Source: an uncultured candidate division Zixibacteria bacterium (GTDB taxonomy: Bacteria > Zixibacteria > MSB-5A5 > UBA10806 > 4484-95). Taken from it: 64,000 bases of DNA. The stretch spans positions 512,001 to 576,000 of the forward strand of contig CAXXKA010000001.1 in assembly GCA_963668625.2 (NCBI GenBank). Reading direction: 5' to 3'. The notes under the pieces were generated by a model. It was not told the origin of the DNA and made no database searches. It was given only the letters and a program-made list of their open reading frames with translations. The first letter of the stretch is position 1, and every line of letters starts with the position of its first letter. The position numbers and the translations under genes are program-made. Below, piece by piece: positions 50,417 through 60,790 of the stretch.

Positions 50417-52768
50417 ATGAATCCTCATACTATTAATGTACTGGAGTTCAACCGAATAGTTGAAATACTTCACGACCTCTGTTGGAGTATACCGGCCAAA
50501 CGAACAACAATTCTACCCTCGACTGATCCGGCACGAATCGATAACTCGCTAGAGTGCCTGGCTGAGCTGGTAGAGATATATCAAGCAGAAGGCGGATTAC
50601 CGAGCTTGCAGTTCGGCGATATCGATATGATGCTCGAAAAAAGCGCCGCCGAGGGCAGCGTGCTCGAACCATCCGAGCTGGCTGAAATAGCTGATCTTTA
50701 TATCATAATAAAAAGCTTCGTAGAACTTGATAAGCGATACGAAAACTTAAAAAAATTAATTACACGGCTTGATTACGATGAGGAATTAACCAGGGAAATC
50801 GAAAAAACCGTGCAGAAACCTAATGAAATAAAGGATAGCGCCTCGCCCGAGCTGCGGGATATACGCCGCCGTTTACGTAAAACGCGAGACTCGCTGGAGG
50901 CGAAATATAATTCATATCTGGATTCCGATTATTCGAAATACCTTTCCGATAAAGTCGTGACCATGCGCGAGGGACGGTTCGTTCTGCCCGTAAGGGAGGG
51001 CGATAAAGGTAAGATCAAAGGTGTAGTACATGATCGCTCGTCCAGCGGTGTTACCTTCTTCGTCGAGCCGTTCGAAACAGTCGAATTGAATAACTCCTAT
51101 CGCGAGCTTCTGTCCGCCGAGAAACAGGAGATATTCAGGATACTTCGACATTTGACCGACAGAATACTGGCTAAAATAAATGATATCAAACAAAGTATTC
51201 AGGTTCTCGTGCAACTCGATATACTCTCTGCTAAAGCTCGTTTCGCTATAAAGCTGAAATGCCACCGGCCGGAATTCGGAAAAGATGGCGTTATTGATAT
51301 TAGAAACGGCTATCATCCGTTGTTGCGTTGGCGTGATAAAGAAAATGGAACCAACGCCACCGTACCGCTCACTATCGAACTGGCAAAAGACTTCAGCACG
51401 TTAATAATCACGGGCCCCAACACCGGCGGCAAAACCGTTACCCTGAAAACGGTCGGCTTGCTTTGTATGATGGCGCAAACGGGGATGTTCGTGCCGGTTG
51501 ACGAGGGGACATCGCTAAAAATATTCAGTGATATCTACGCCGATATCGGTGATGAGCAATCGCTGGAGGCCTCGCTTTCGACATTTTCCGCGCATCTTGC
51601 TAATATCAAGCGCGCGCTGGAAAACGCCACCGATGATTGCCTGGTACTTCTGGATGAAATAGGCGCCGGCACCGATCCCGACGAGGGCTCGGCGCTTGGA
51701 CAGGCGATTATCGAGAGTCTCGCCAACCGCAAAGTGCCGTCTATTATAACGACACATCACGGCAAGCTGAAAACGCTGGCAGTCAACAATGAAAATATAG
51801 AAAACGGTTCGCTCGATTTCGATACGCTGAAAATGCAGCCAACCTATAAATTCAGGATGGGCATACCGGGGTTGTCTTATGCTATCGAAACAGCACGCAA
51901 GCTGGGCATAAGCGATACGATAACCGACAGGGCCGAATCGTTGATCGACCGCTCCGAACGTAAGCTGGCGGCTATTATAAGCGAGCTGACAGAGAAACTT
52001 CAGCAGGCCGAGGAAAAACTCAATAAAGCCGAAAGCAGCCGGTTATCTTACGATTCGCTCGTGCAAATTTACACCGGCAAGCTCGAGGAGTTCGAAAAAG
52101 AGAAGAAAAAATTAAAGAAAGAATCTCTCGAGGAAAGCCGGAGAATGATCCGCGAGGCTAAAAAAGAGATCGACAGCCTGATCGATCAGGCCAAGCATTC
52201 GGATAAAAAAATCGAAGCTCTACGAGATGTGAGACATAAATCGGATGAAAGATTGCATGAGATAAACCAGCAGGTTAAAAGTATCGAGCCGCCGATTAGC
52301 GAGCCCCGGGCGAACGGTGTCGTTGGCGAGCAAGTTTACCTGCCGGAGATGCAAGCTCGGGGAGAAATAGTATCGAAACCGGATTCGAGCGGTCGGGTAA
52401 AAGTTAAAGTCGGTAATGTCATGCTGGTGACCGATCTCGATAAGCTCTATAAAACCGAGCAAACATCAAAAACGAGGGAACCAAGACCGGTGCCCGGTGC
52501 GTATATCGATAACACGCCCAATCTCGAGGTGGATTTGCGCGGGATGACTTTCGATGAAGCTCAGCCGGTGCTCGACAAGTACCTCGATGATGTTTACCTG
52601 GTTGGGATGAGCCAGGTCAGGGTAATACACGGCAAAGGTACCGGGGCTTTAAAAGCCAAAGTACACGATCATCTGAAAAAACATAAGAGAGTCAAATCGT
52701 ACCGCCTTGGATACTGGAACGAAGGTTCATACGGCGTGACTGTTGTCGAGATAAAGAGGGATAAGTGA
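50417..52768 (+). CDS. mutS2: Endonuclease MutS2
   Basis: ITGPNTGGKT, DIGDEQS, LSTFSAH, DEIGAGTDP, Smr domain IHGKGTG. Confidence 0.96.
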   Translation: MNPHTINVLEFNRIVEILHDLCWSIPAKRTTILPSTDPARIDNSLECLAELVEIYQAEGGLPSLQFGDIDMMLEKSAAEGSVLEPSELAEIADLYIIIKSFVELDKRYENLKKLITRLDYDEELTREIEKTVQKPNEIKDSASPELRDIRRRLRKTRDSLEAKYNSYLDSDYSKYLSDKVVTMREGRFVLPVREGDKGKIKGVVHDRSSSGVTFFVEPFETVELNNSYRELLSAEKQEIFRILRHLTDRILAKINDIKQSIQVLVQLDILSAKARFAIKLKCHRPEFGKDGVIDIRNGYHPLLRWRDKENGTNATVPLTIELAKDFSTLIITGPNTGGKTVTLKTVGLLCMMAQTGMFVPVDEGTSLKIFSDIYADIGDEQSLEASLSTFSAHLANIKRALENATDDCLVLLDEIGAGTDPDEGSALGQAIIESLANRKVPSIITTHHGKLKTLAVNNENIENGSLDFDTLKMQPTYKFRMGIPGLSYAIETARKLGISDTITDRAESLIDRSERKLAAIISELTEKLQQAEEKLNKAESSRLSYDSLVQIYTGKLEEFEKEKKKLKKESLEESRRMIREAKKEIDSLIDQAKHSDKKIEALRDVRHKSDERLHEINQQVKSIEPPISEPRANGVVGEQVYLPEMQARGEIVSKPDSSGRVKVKVGNVMLVTDLDKLYKTEQTSKTREPRPVPGAYIDNTPNLEVDLRGMTFDEAQPVLDKYLDDVYLVGMSQVRVIHGKGTGALKAKVHDHLKKHKRVKSYRLGYWNEGSYGVTVVEIKRDK

Positions 52769-54495
52769 TGGGTTACATACCCGAGGACATAGTCGAGAAA
52801 ATCAAAGATGATACGGATATTCTCGATTTGATCGGTGAGTATGTCACATTAAAACGAGCCGGTAAAGATTATATGGGTTTATGCCCGTTCCACAGGGAGA
52901 AAACTCCCTCGTTTACGGTCGTGCCCTCCAAGGGATTTTACTACTGTTTCGGTTGCGGCGCCTCGGGTAACGCTATCGGTTTCATCATGCGCCACGAAAA
53001 TCTCGACTACCCCGATGCGATAAAACATCTAGCCAAACGTTCCGGGATAACTATCCCCGAAACCGGCACATCAGATTCCCTCTCTGGCAGGATTTATCAA
53101 GCTACCGAGTATGCGCATGCTTTCTTCAGACGTAACCTGAAAAACTCAACTGCTTACGAGTATCTCAGGGGGCGGGGGCTCAATGATGATACCATTGCCG
53201 AGATGGAGATCGGTTATGCGCCACCGGGGTGGGAAAACCTGTACCGCGAGGTGGTTGCCGATAAGCTGGCTCCGTCGGATTTCGAGAAAGCCGGCCTTTT
53301 CGTTAACAGCGAGAAAAAGCAGGGTCATTATGATAAATTCCGTAATCGCCTTATGTTCCCGATCAAGAATATCTCCGGCAGAGTGATAGCTTTCGGTGGC
53401 AGGGCGCTGGGCGAGGATGAGGGACCGAAGTATCTCAACTCCCCGGAGACGATGATTTATCATAAAGGTTCTGTTCTTTACGGCTTAAACTGGTCGAAAA
53501 ACGATATCCGCAGCGCCGGCAAAGCGATCATCACCGAGGGCTATTTCGATTTCATCTCGGTGTACCAGGCCGGAATCAAAAACGCGGTAGCCGTTTCGGG
53601 CACAGGTTTCACGCCCAACCAGGCCTCGATACTCGGACGGTTTTGTAAAGAGGTAGTTCTTCTTTATGACGCCGACTCCGCCGGAATGAAAGCCACGTTC
53701 AGGGCTGTCGAGGTGTTGTTCAATGCCGGGCTGGAACCGTATATAGTGAGGCTGCCTAAAGGCGCCGATCCAGATAGCTTCATTAAGGAGAACGGTGTCG
53801 AGCCGCTGCAGGTGCTTTTGGATTCGGCCGTGGACTATATCGGTTTCGTAAAAGAATCGTTGCCTGATGATTACGCCAACCTGCCGATTTCCCGACAGGA
53901 ACGTATCATCAAATCGATGGTTGAAACCGCTACGGGCATAGAGGATGAGCTTCGATACGATTTGTTCGTTCGCAAAGCGATTGAAACTCTCGGTTTGCCT
54001 CAATCGGCGGCGGCGAAGTTCCACAAGCGAAATCAGAAAAGTAAAAAAAGAAGCATCCCGGAGATTTTAGGAAGAGTAAAACTCGAGCGAAACTATTTGG
54101 GGTTTTTATTCGGCAACGCCGAATTCATAAAGGAAAGCTCGCAGTTGCTGAAACCTGAGGTTTTTACGGATGTCGAAAGTAAAGAAATTTATTCGAATTT
54201 GATATCAGTTAACAGTAACAGTTTTTCTATCGGAGATTTTCTCGAGCAGTTTTCCGATGACGGTATCCGTCGCAAGATTACCGAAATCATAGTAAGTGAA
54301 ACCGCCGGGGCTCCGCCTGATTTAAGGTTCAATGAGTACTTGGAGAAATTTAAGAATCTGCAGGTATCGGACAGGCTCAATATCTTACAGTCCGAGATAG
54401 CCCGAGCAGAGAGGGAGGGGGACATTGAAAATGCTGACAAACTTACCCGAGAATATCAAGACCTTCGAAACGTCGCTAGAAAAAAGGTGGTATAA
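52768..54495 (+). CDS. dnaG: DNA primase
   Basis: CPFHREKTPSF..CFGC, FRNRLMFP, KYLNSPET, EGYFD, DAD Toprim. Confidence 0.97.
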   Translation: MGYIPEDIVEKIKDDTDILDLIGEYVTLKRAGKDYMGLCPFHREKTPSFTVVPSKGFYYCFGCGASGNAIGFIMRHENLDYPDAIKHLAKRSGITIPETGTSDSLSGRIYQATEYAHAFFRRNLKNSTAYEYLRGRGLNDDTIAEMEIGYAPPGWENLYREVVADKLAPSDFEKAGLFVNSEKKQGHYDKFRNRLMFPIKNISGRVIAFGGRALGEDEGPKYLNSPETMIYHKGSVLYGLNWSKNDIRSAGKAIITEGYFDFISVYQAGIKNAVAVSGTGFTPNQASILGRFCKEVVLLYDADSAGMKATFRAVEVLFNAGLEPYIVRLPKGADPDSFIKENGVEPLQVLLDSAVDYIGFVKESLPDDYANLPISRQERIIKSMVETATGIEDELRYDLFVRKAIETLGLPQSAAAKFHKRNQKSKKRSIPEILGRVKLERNYLGFLFGNAEFIKESSQLLKPEVFTDVESKEIYSNLISVNSNSFSIGDFLEQFSDDGIRRKITEIIVSETAGAPPDLRFNEYLEKFKNLQVSDRLNILQSEIARAEREGDIENADKLTREYQDLRNVARKKVV

Positions 54496-55959
54496 ATGAC
54501 CGAAGAATATAACGAAACCATAGAAGAAAGCGCCGACGAAATAGAAGGCAATTCCGAGGGAAGCGAGACCGAGGAACATGTCGATGAAGTTCAGATCAGA
54601 AAAGACCTGATCGATTCCGATGCCGGTAGCGATACGGCCTGGGCTTATTTCAAAGACCTGGGACGTTTTAATATTCTGACCCGCCAGCAGGAAATAACTG
54701 TCGCCAGGCGGATAGAGATGCATAAAATCAGTATCAAAGAGATAATCTTTTCCTCGCTGACGGTACTCGAGAAGATGCTCGAATGCCAGGACAGGCTTAT
54801 AAATAAAGAGATACGTCTTGAGGATATAGTCTCACCCGAGACCTGCCGGTGGTTCGCGCCGGAAAATATCAAACGCGAGAAATCCAATGTTTTGAGCCGG
54901 TTCAAAAGAATCAGCAAAATCATGGATGATGCCGAGAACCAGGTTAGCGAGAAAGAGAAAATCAAAAAGGGTAAACTTCAATTAAGATATAATCTCAGGC
55001 GTAAGTTGATGGCCGAGATCGAGAAGTTTAATTTCAACCTGGAGTTTCTCGAAAGCCTGACAAAGGTTTTCAAACTGCAGGCCAAGGATGGCAGGAAACA
55101 TCGGCGACCACACAGCAGCTTGCCCGAACTTCAGGATAAATCACCGATCGATTACCTCTTCGCCGAGGAGTTGCCGGTCGATGAGCTGGAGAAAGTCAAA
55201 AGACGTCTACGGTTTTTGGAACGCGAATTGGAGAAAGCCAAGCGTATCATGGTCGAGGCCAATATGCGTCTGGTAATCTCGATTGCCCGCAAGTATATCG
55301 GGCGGGGTATGGAATTCATGGACCTGGTGCAGGAGGGCAATTCCGGGCTGGTTAAGGCAGTCGATAAATTCGACTACACCAAAGGATTTAAATTCGGTAC
55401 CTACGCCTCCTGGTGGATTCGTCAGGCGATAACGCGGGCGCTGGCCGAGCAGGCTAAAACGATTCGCACCCCGATGTATCTCAACAGCCAGTATGGCCGG
55501 GTGGCGAAAGTATCGCAGAATTTATTCCAAAAACTGGGACGCAAACCCGATATCAAAGAGATCTCCGAACAATCGGGATTCCCCGAGGATAAGGTCGAGG
55601 ATATCATGCAGATGATACCTCAAACAGTGTCGCTTTCCAAGCCGTTGGGGGATGACGAGGAGAACCAGGTGTTCAACCTGATCGCCGATCCTCAATTTTC
55701 AACGACCTCGGGTAAAGCCTCATTCGTATATCTTCAAGATCAACTGGAGAAGGTGCTTCACACGCTCTCTCGTCGTGAGGAGGAAGTAATTCGTCTGAGA
55801 TTTGGAATGAAAGATGGTATGCCCAGAACACTTGAGGAAGTAGGATTGATTTTCAATCTCACGCGCGAGAGGATTCGTCAAATAGAGGCTAAAGCATTAA
55901 AGAAATTAAGGCATCGCACACGTTCCGAAAAATTGAAAGAATGTATCGATCTGTTGTAA
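54496..55959 (+). CDS. rpoD: RpoD/SigA-family sigma70 factor (divergent)
   Basis: [41 protein letters not shown]; directly after dnaG. Confidence 0.85.
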   Translation: MTEEYNETIEESADEIEGNSEGSETEEHVDEVQIRKDLIDSDAGSDTAWAYFKDLGRFNILTRQQEITVARRIEMHKISIKEIIFSSLTVLEKMLECQDRLINKEIRLEDIVSPETCRWFAPENIKREKSNVLSRFKRISKIMDDAENQVSEKEKIKKGKLQLRYNLRRKLMAEIEKFNFNLEFLESLTKVFKLQAKDGRKHRRPHSSLPELQDKSPIDYLFAEELPVDELEKVKRRLRFLERELEKAKRIMVEANMRLVISIARKYIGRGMEFMDLVQEGNSGLVKAVDKFDYTKGFKFGTYASWWIRQAITRALAEQAKTIRTPMYLNSQYGRVAKVSQNLFQKLGRKPDIKEISEQSGFPEDKVEDIMQMIPQTVSLSKPLGDDEENQVFNLIADPQFSTTSGKASFVYLQDQLEKVLHTLSRREEEVIRLRFGMKDGMPRTLEEVGLIFNLTRERIRQIEAKALKKLRHRTRSEKLKECIDLL

Positions 55960-56119
55960 GTAGACGGCGTTAGATGCTGGATCGTATCAGTTTTTTTTCG
56001 AGGTCAGGAAAGATAGTATGATTACTAATCAGCATCTAATAGCCGGATTATTACAGGGGCAAAATGCTACTTATTCCGGGTTAGAGATTTTATTATTGGC
56101 TTATGTCAAATATTCATTA

Positions 56120-56148
56120 TTGACAGATACTTACATTAATGCTATTTT
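56120..56148 (+). promoter_or_regulatory. Putative promoter of the CPPYC operon
   Basis: TTGACA-17-TATTTT with extended -10 TG. Confidence 0.5.
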
Positions 56149-56293
56149 ATTCATGTGAATGGAATCGATTTATCAATAATAAGTGTGCTCGGTTAAAATT
56201 ATTGCAACAAAGGTTAAGTATTTCAGTATATTGAGCTAGTCTCTCGTACAGCTCTTAAGCAAATGGTCTAACTTTAAAACGAATGGGGGAATT

Positions 56294-56614
56294 ATGAACC
56301 TCGATCCGAAAAAAGATCACTCAATTGACTTGGACACTGCCGCAAAATTAACCAAACGATTTCGAGCTAAAACTAAACCAGGAGACTCGATTTCAGTAGC
56401 TTTCAACAAGGCAGCAATTGCGGGGATCATGGATCAATCTGGATGTGTGGGGCTTAGGATGTATTTTGCCTTGACCGATGAAGGCAAGGAAACAGTCGTT
56501 TTAGTTGGTGTTGATGAAAAGGGAAATGATTTATTCAAAGGCCAACTTATGGAATGGGGAGGAGACTGTCCCCCGTATTGCTCGGGAGCGAATCCGCTCA
56601 ATGGCGAAAGTTAG
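56294..56614 (+). CDS. Small protein with GLRMYFA/LVGVD core and C-terminal CPPYC motif
   Basis: 106-aa ORF with GGGGGA RBS; ends MEWGGDCPPYCSGANPLNGES; no signal peptide. Confidence 0.8.
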   Translation: MNLDPKKDHSIDLDTAAKLTKRFRAKTKPGDSISVAFNKAAIAGIMDQSGCVGLRMYFALTDEGKETVVLVGVDEKGNDLFKGQLMEWGGDCPPYCSGANPLNGES

Positions 56615-56617
56615 TAC

Positions 56618-57343
56618 TTGTTCTACTTGTTCTTAATACAGAATAGTTTTACGATAATCGCTTTGATAACTGGCATTATTTGTTACCGGCGGTTATCGAA
56701 ACCATTGAAATTACTATTCTATCTCATTATGGTTATGGTAGCGGTAGAAAGTTATTCTTTCTACCGCTTTCTTGATGCAAAACCAAATCACTGGCCGTCA
56801 CATATATATATGGTTATAGAGTTCGTGTTGTTTTTCCTCATATTCAAGCAGTGGCAATCGAGCAAAATTATAATTAAAGCAATCAATTATGTCGTACCTA
56901 CATTCTTACTGTTTTGTATTATAAATTACATCTTTTTCAGCCAGCCGATATTTCTGCTCGTGGATGGTCTGATTGTTTTCAACTCCTGGGCTCTATATAA
57001 TTTTATACCGATAAAAATCGCAGTCGTATTTTTCACTGCCATTTCCGCTTTTACTATACTTCAATTGTTTGAAAACGACCGGGGAGATATCTTGGAGATC
57101 CCAGCTTTCTGGGTAAGCTCGGGCTTATTGTTCTTCTCGTCGGTATCGATTGTTTATTTTATACTGGTTACTTTTGTCGTAGTAAGTGATAAATACGCTA
57201 TTTATCCAGCTATCACAATGACAGCTACTAATGTGATGGCCAATTCTTTTTATGCAATGAGTTTCATTGTTCAATGGAAGCACTCCAGGGATTGTTCGCC
57301 GGAAAATATAAAAGATATAAGTAGCCAAGATTTTATGTTATAG
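56618..57343 (+). CDS. Multi-pass (about 7 TM) membrane protein, receptor-like
   Basis: Starts 3 nt after the upstream stop; about seven hydrophobic segments; N..P.HIY..IEF and P.FWVSSGLLFF motifs. Confidence 0.75.
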   Translation: MFYLFLIQNSFTIIALITGIICYRRLSKPLKLLFYLIMVMVAVESYSFYRFLDAKPNHWPSHIYMVIEFVLFFLIFKQWQSSKIIIKAINYVVPTFLLFCIINYIFFSQPIFLLVDGLIVFNSWALYNFIPIKIAVVFFTAISAFTILQLFENDRGDILEIPAFWVSSGLLFFSSVSIVYFILVTFVVVSDKYAIYPAITMTATNVMANSFYAMSFIVQWKHSRDCSPENIKDISSQDFML

Positions 57344-57458
57344 CATGAGGTTGTTTGCTTTTAATCGCTAATGCAATCCAGGATTAAGAAATTTATTTAT
57401 TGCATATTTACAGATTTGTGTTATTATTGCGTATATATGTACGGAATCAGGAGTTTCT

Positions 57459-58337
57459 ATGACTAGTTCATTATTCGGAAGTATGCTAATTATAATAGCA
57501 ATACTCACAATACTGTCAATTAGTATTGTCAGTGGTGTTATAACCCACAGCCGAAAAATCCGTGAACAGGAAGCTAAATTCAGATTGTTGTTTAATAAAG
57601 TAAGCGATGCTTTAATAGTGTTCGATATAGATGAGAAAATCCATAGTGTAAACGAATCAGCCGGTAGTTTACTAAAATATCAAGATAAAGAGATAGTAAA
57701 ATCAAATTTAAAGGATATAATAGTAAAAGATAAGTGGCTGGAATTATCCGAGAATTTAAAAAAAGTCTTTACTACCGGTAAATCCTTTAACTCCGAATCG
57801 AGCCTTCTGGATGCCAAAGGCAATACTATCGAGGTGGAGGTTATCGGGGTAAAAATAAAACTGAAAAACAAGCAATACATTCTTACCAGTTTCAGGGATA
57901 TCACTCGCCGTAAACATGATGAAATGCAACTCAGGAAGAAACATATTGCGCTTCAGGAGGTACTGGCGCACCTGGAGGATGAGAAACTGAAGATCAAGCA
58001 GCAGGTTGCTAAGACAGTAGATCAGGTCTTGATGCCGACGTTGAACAGAATAAACAGCAGCCAGACTAGTTCAAATCAGGGCTATTTTGATGTGTTAAAG
58101 AATGGTCTTGAGGAACTATCAAGCACCTCGAGTACGATCGTGCAAATTTACTCGAAACTGACACCGAGAGAGATCGAAATCTGCAATTTAATCAAAAACG
58201 GCTCGACCTCCAAAGAGATCGCTCAGACTTTAAACATCTCAATGTTAACTGTAAATAAACATCGAGAAAGAATAAGAAAAAAACTGGTAATCTCCAATAA
58301 AAGCATAAACCTAACCTCTTATTTGAAAAGGTTATAG
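57459..58337 (+). CDS. Membrane-anchored PAS + LuxR-HTH regulator
   Basis: N-terminal TM helix, FRLLFNKVSDALIV..VNESA..RDITRRK (PAS), LTPREIEIC..TSKEIA..TVNKHRERIRKKL. Confidence 0.9.
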   Translation: MTSSLFGSMLIIIAILTILSISIVSGVITHSRKIREQEAKFRLLFNKVSDALIVFDIDEKIHSVNESAGSLLKYQDKEIVKSNLKDIIVKDKWLELSENLKKVFTTGKSFNSESSLLDAKGNTIEVEVIGVKIKLKNKQYILTSFRDITRRKHDEMQLRKKHIALQEVLAHLEDEKLKIKQQVAKTVDQVLMPTLNRINSSQTSSNQGYFDVLKNGLEELSSTSSTIVQIYSKLTPREIEICNLIKNGSTSKEIAQTLNISMLTVNKHRERIRKKLVISNKSINLTSYLKRL

Positions 58338-58350
58338 CATAAGTATCTCG

Positions 58351-58366
58351 TACGTATATGTACGTA
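58351..58366. promoter_or_regulatory. Palindromic candidate operator
   Basis: TACGTATATGTACGTA, 23 bp upstream of a TTGACT -35 at 58390. Confidence 0.45.
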
Positions 58367-58427
58367 ATACGAACCTTATCTTTGCCGCATTGACTATCTC
58401 GAAATAAGTCCTATATATATTATAAAT

Positions 58428-58604
58428 GCAAAATAAAACTGTTTTGCGAATAGCTGAGAAAGTTTAGAACTCTAATTTCTGATTAGAGTGAAAGTCCCAT
58501 CTCTTTTTGGTGATAGGGGGGCTTATTTCATCCTCTTCGTGGACTAGTTGTTCGTTAATTACGTAACAATAGCCGCGATAAAATAAGCCTCTCTATTCTT
58601 TTTT
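58428..58604 (+). ncRNA. Candidate structured ncRNA or attenuator leader
   Basis: Hairpins at 58428-58447 and 58469-58489, a long rod at 58513-58596 with G-U pairs, then a T-tract; promoter-like sequence upstream; no ORF of 60 aa or more. Confidence 0.45.
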
Positions 58605-58851
58605 AATACCTGCATACGTTATAAGTACTCTATATACTACCATTGACAATAAAATGAATACACGATGTTAGTAGAACTGTTAATCCCCGATATCATTTAA
58701 GTCTTGAAATAATATAGATATAATAATAAAATCAGCTCTGGCTATTTTATGTATGTCGTTGGCCTGTAAAACAAAAACGAAACTAAAAACTAAATATTTC
58801 GTAAAAGGGGAAAGAAACAAGCGATAAATCCGCCTCAAAGGAGGTAAACTT

Positions 58852-60594
58852 ATGAACAAGCTCATGATCAAGACGGCAATAGTAATTGCAGCGTTCGTGT
58901 TAGGCACAGTTTCCTCATGGGCAGAGGTTTTGATAAAACTTGATAACCCGGAGTATGATAATATTAAGGTAACGGGTTTTGAGTTAGAAAAGCCAGGCAA
59001 CATTGAAATAGAGGCGGTTGGATTAAGCCTGAGATATCAGGATGATCTTAATGTGTATGCCTGGATTATCGATCATGATACACGAGAATTAGTTTGGACG
59101 ATGAAAGAACGTCGAGCAGACAGGATTCGCGGAAGTAAAGTGCTTTACGAAGAGAAACTGGATCAATATTTCGATAAAGGTAAATATGAAATTTACCTTT
59201 TTACCAGTGATTTTTCCTTTTCTAATATCTCTATTCATGGTACGGGTGATTTTTTCGAGTTTTTGGGGGATATTTTTAGCGATGATTATGACAGGGAATG
59301 GGATAAATATATCGAGGATTGCCATGTCCAGTTATCATCGAATGATATCTCTAAAAGTGATTTCAAGGAGTTTGATGCCAACGGCGATCTGCCCGGCGCT
59401 CTTATTAAATACAATCGAGTAGGTGATTCCGAATATATCTCGACTGGAATTAGACTTGAAAAGCCGATGTCATTAAAAATCTACTCATTGTTCGAATTTC
59501 CCAAAGATTATAGGGATCCGGTCGATTATGGCTGGTTGGTGAATGCTAAAACTCTTGAGAAAGTATGGGAAATAGACAGATGGAACACTGATTGGGCCGG
59601 CGGTAGTAGAAAAAACAGAATGTTCAATGATGAGATCAAGCTGGACAAAGGCGATTATATACTTTATTTCGTTACCGATGATTCTCATTCATATGAACGA
59701 TTTAATGCTAATCCCCCTTACGATCCTATTAATTGGGGTATCACTATTTTGCCCGGAAAAGATTTCGATAAAGGCGCTTTCAAAACTTATGAGCCGGCGG
59801 GCAGGGGAGATCCACTGCTTGAATTAACCCGAGCTCGGGATCGTGATTTCCTCGAGCAGCCTTTCAAGATGAAAAAAGACGGTGTTATTCATATCTATGC
59901 CGTTGGCGAATATTCATATAGTTCGCGTGAGTTTGCCGATTTCGGCTGGATACAAGATGCCGCCAGTGGTAAAATAGTCTGGGAAATGAGCTACCGTAAT
60001 ACCGACCATGCCGGTGGAGCTAAGAAAAACCGCAAATTCGACGGCCAGGTCGAGCTGAAAAAAGGCCAGTATATAGCTTATTATTCCACTGATGATTCGC
60101 ATTCGTACCGTGACTGGAACGATTCACCGCCGTTCGATCCTAAAGCCTGGGGGCTTGCCATTTACGCGGGACCTGATTTTGATAAGAAAAATTTTGAAAA
60201 GATATCCCAAAAGGATCTAACCTCGAATTCCAATATCCTGGTTAAAATGGTGATGGTTCGGGATGGCGAACGCCGGCGCGAGAAATTCACGCTGGATAAG
60301 CAGTCGCGTATTCATATTTATGCCATAGGCGAGGCCGATCGCGATGAGATGTATGATTACGGCTGGATCGTCGATGATCGCACCAATCGCTCGGTTTGGG
60401 AAATGACCTGGAGAAATACCGAACCTGCCGGCGGAGCTCGAAAAAACCGTCTATTCGATGACGATATACTGCTTGATCCAGGTACCTACGAGGTATATTT
60501 CGTCTCCGATGGCTCGCACTCGTTCAACGATTGGAATGCCTCTAAACCTCGCGATCCGATTAATTGGGGTATTACGGTCAGTAAATCAGAATAA
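58852..60594 (+). CDS. Secreted protein of four tandem ~140-aa repeats, function unknown
   Basis: Signal peptide; repeated GWI..VWEM..RNT..AGG..KNR.F...TDDSHSY..WN..P.DP..WG; GGAGG RBS. Confidence 0.85.
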   Translation: MNKLMIKTAIVIAAFVLGTVSSWAEVLIKLDNPEYDNIKVTGFELEKPGNIEIEAVGLSLRYQDDLNVYAWIIDHDTRELVWTMKERRADRIRGSKVLYEEKLDQYFDKGKYEIYLFTSDFSFSNISIHGTGDFFEFLGDIFSDDYDREWDKYIEDCHVQLSSNDISKSDFKEFDANGDLPGALIKYNRVGDSEYISTGIRLEKPMSLKIYSLFEFPKDYRDPVDYGWLVNAKTLEKVWEIDRWNTDWAGGSRKNRMFNDEIKLDKGDYILYFVTDDSHSYERFNANPPYDPINWGITILPGKDFDKGAFKTYEPAGRGDPLLELTRARDRDFLEQPFKMKKDGVIHIYAVGEYSYSSREFADFGWIQDAASGKIVWEMSYRNTDHAGGAKKNRKFDGQVELKKGQYIAYYSTDDSHSYRDWNDSPPFDPKAWGLAIYAGPDFDKKNFEKISQKDLTSNSNILVKMVMVRDGERRREKFTLDKQSRIHIYAIGEADRDEMYDYGWIVDDRTNRSVWEMTWRNTEPAGGARKNRLFDDDILLDPGTYEVYFVSDGSHSFNDWNASKPRDPINWGITVSKSE

Positions 60595-60632
60595 ACAATC
60601 TCTCACCCTCCTTGTGGCTTTGCCATAGACCT

Positions 60633-60654
60633 AGCCCGGTACGCGCCGGGCTTT
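60633..60654 (+). terminator. Intrinsic terminator
   Basis: AGCCCGG/CCGGGCT stem plus a short T-tract. Confidence 0.55.
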
Positions 60655-60790
60655 GTTATTTATATTAAAAGCCACCGGTTCTGTGACCGGTAGCAGTTTA
60701 ATGATATGTCTTGACGAAATCCTCCCATCAGTTATATTCGAATAGAGCAGGATGGTGTGATTTGAATCTTATCCGAGGAATTTGTTAACT

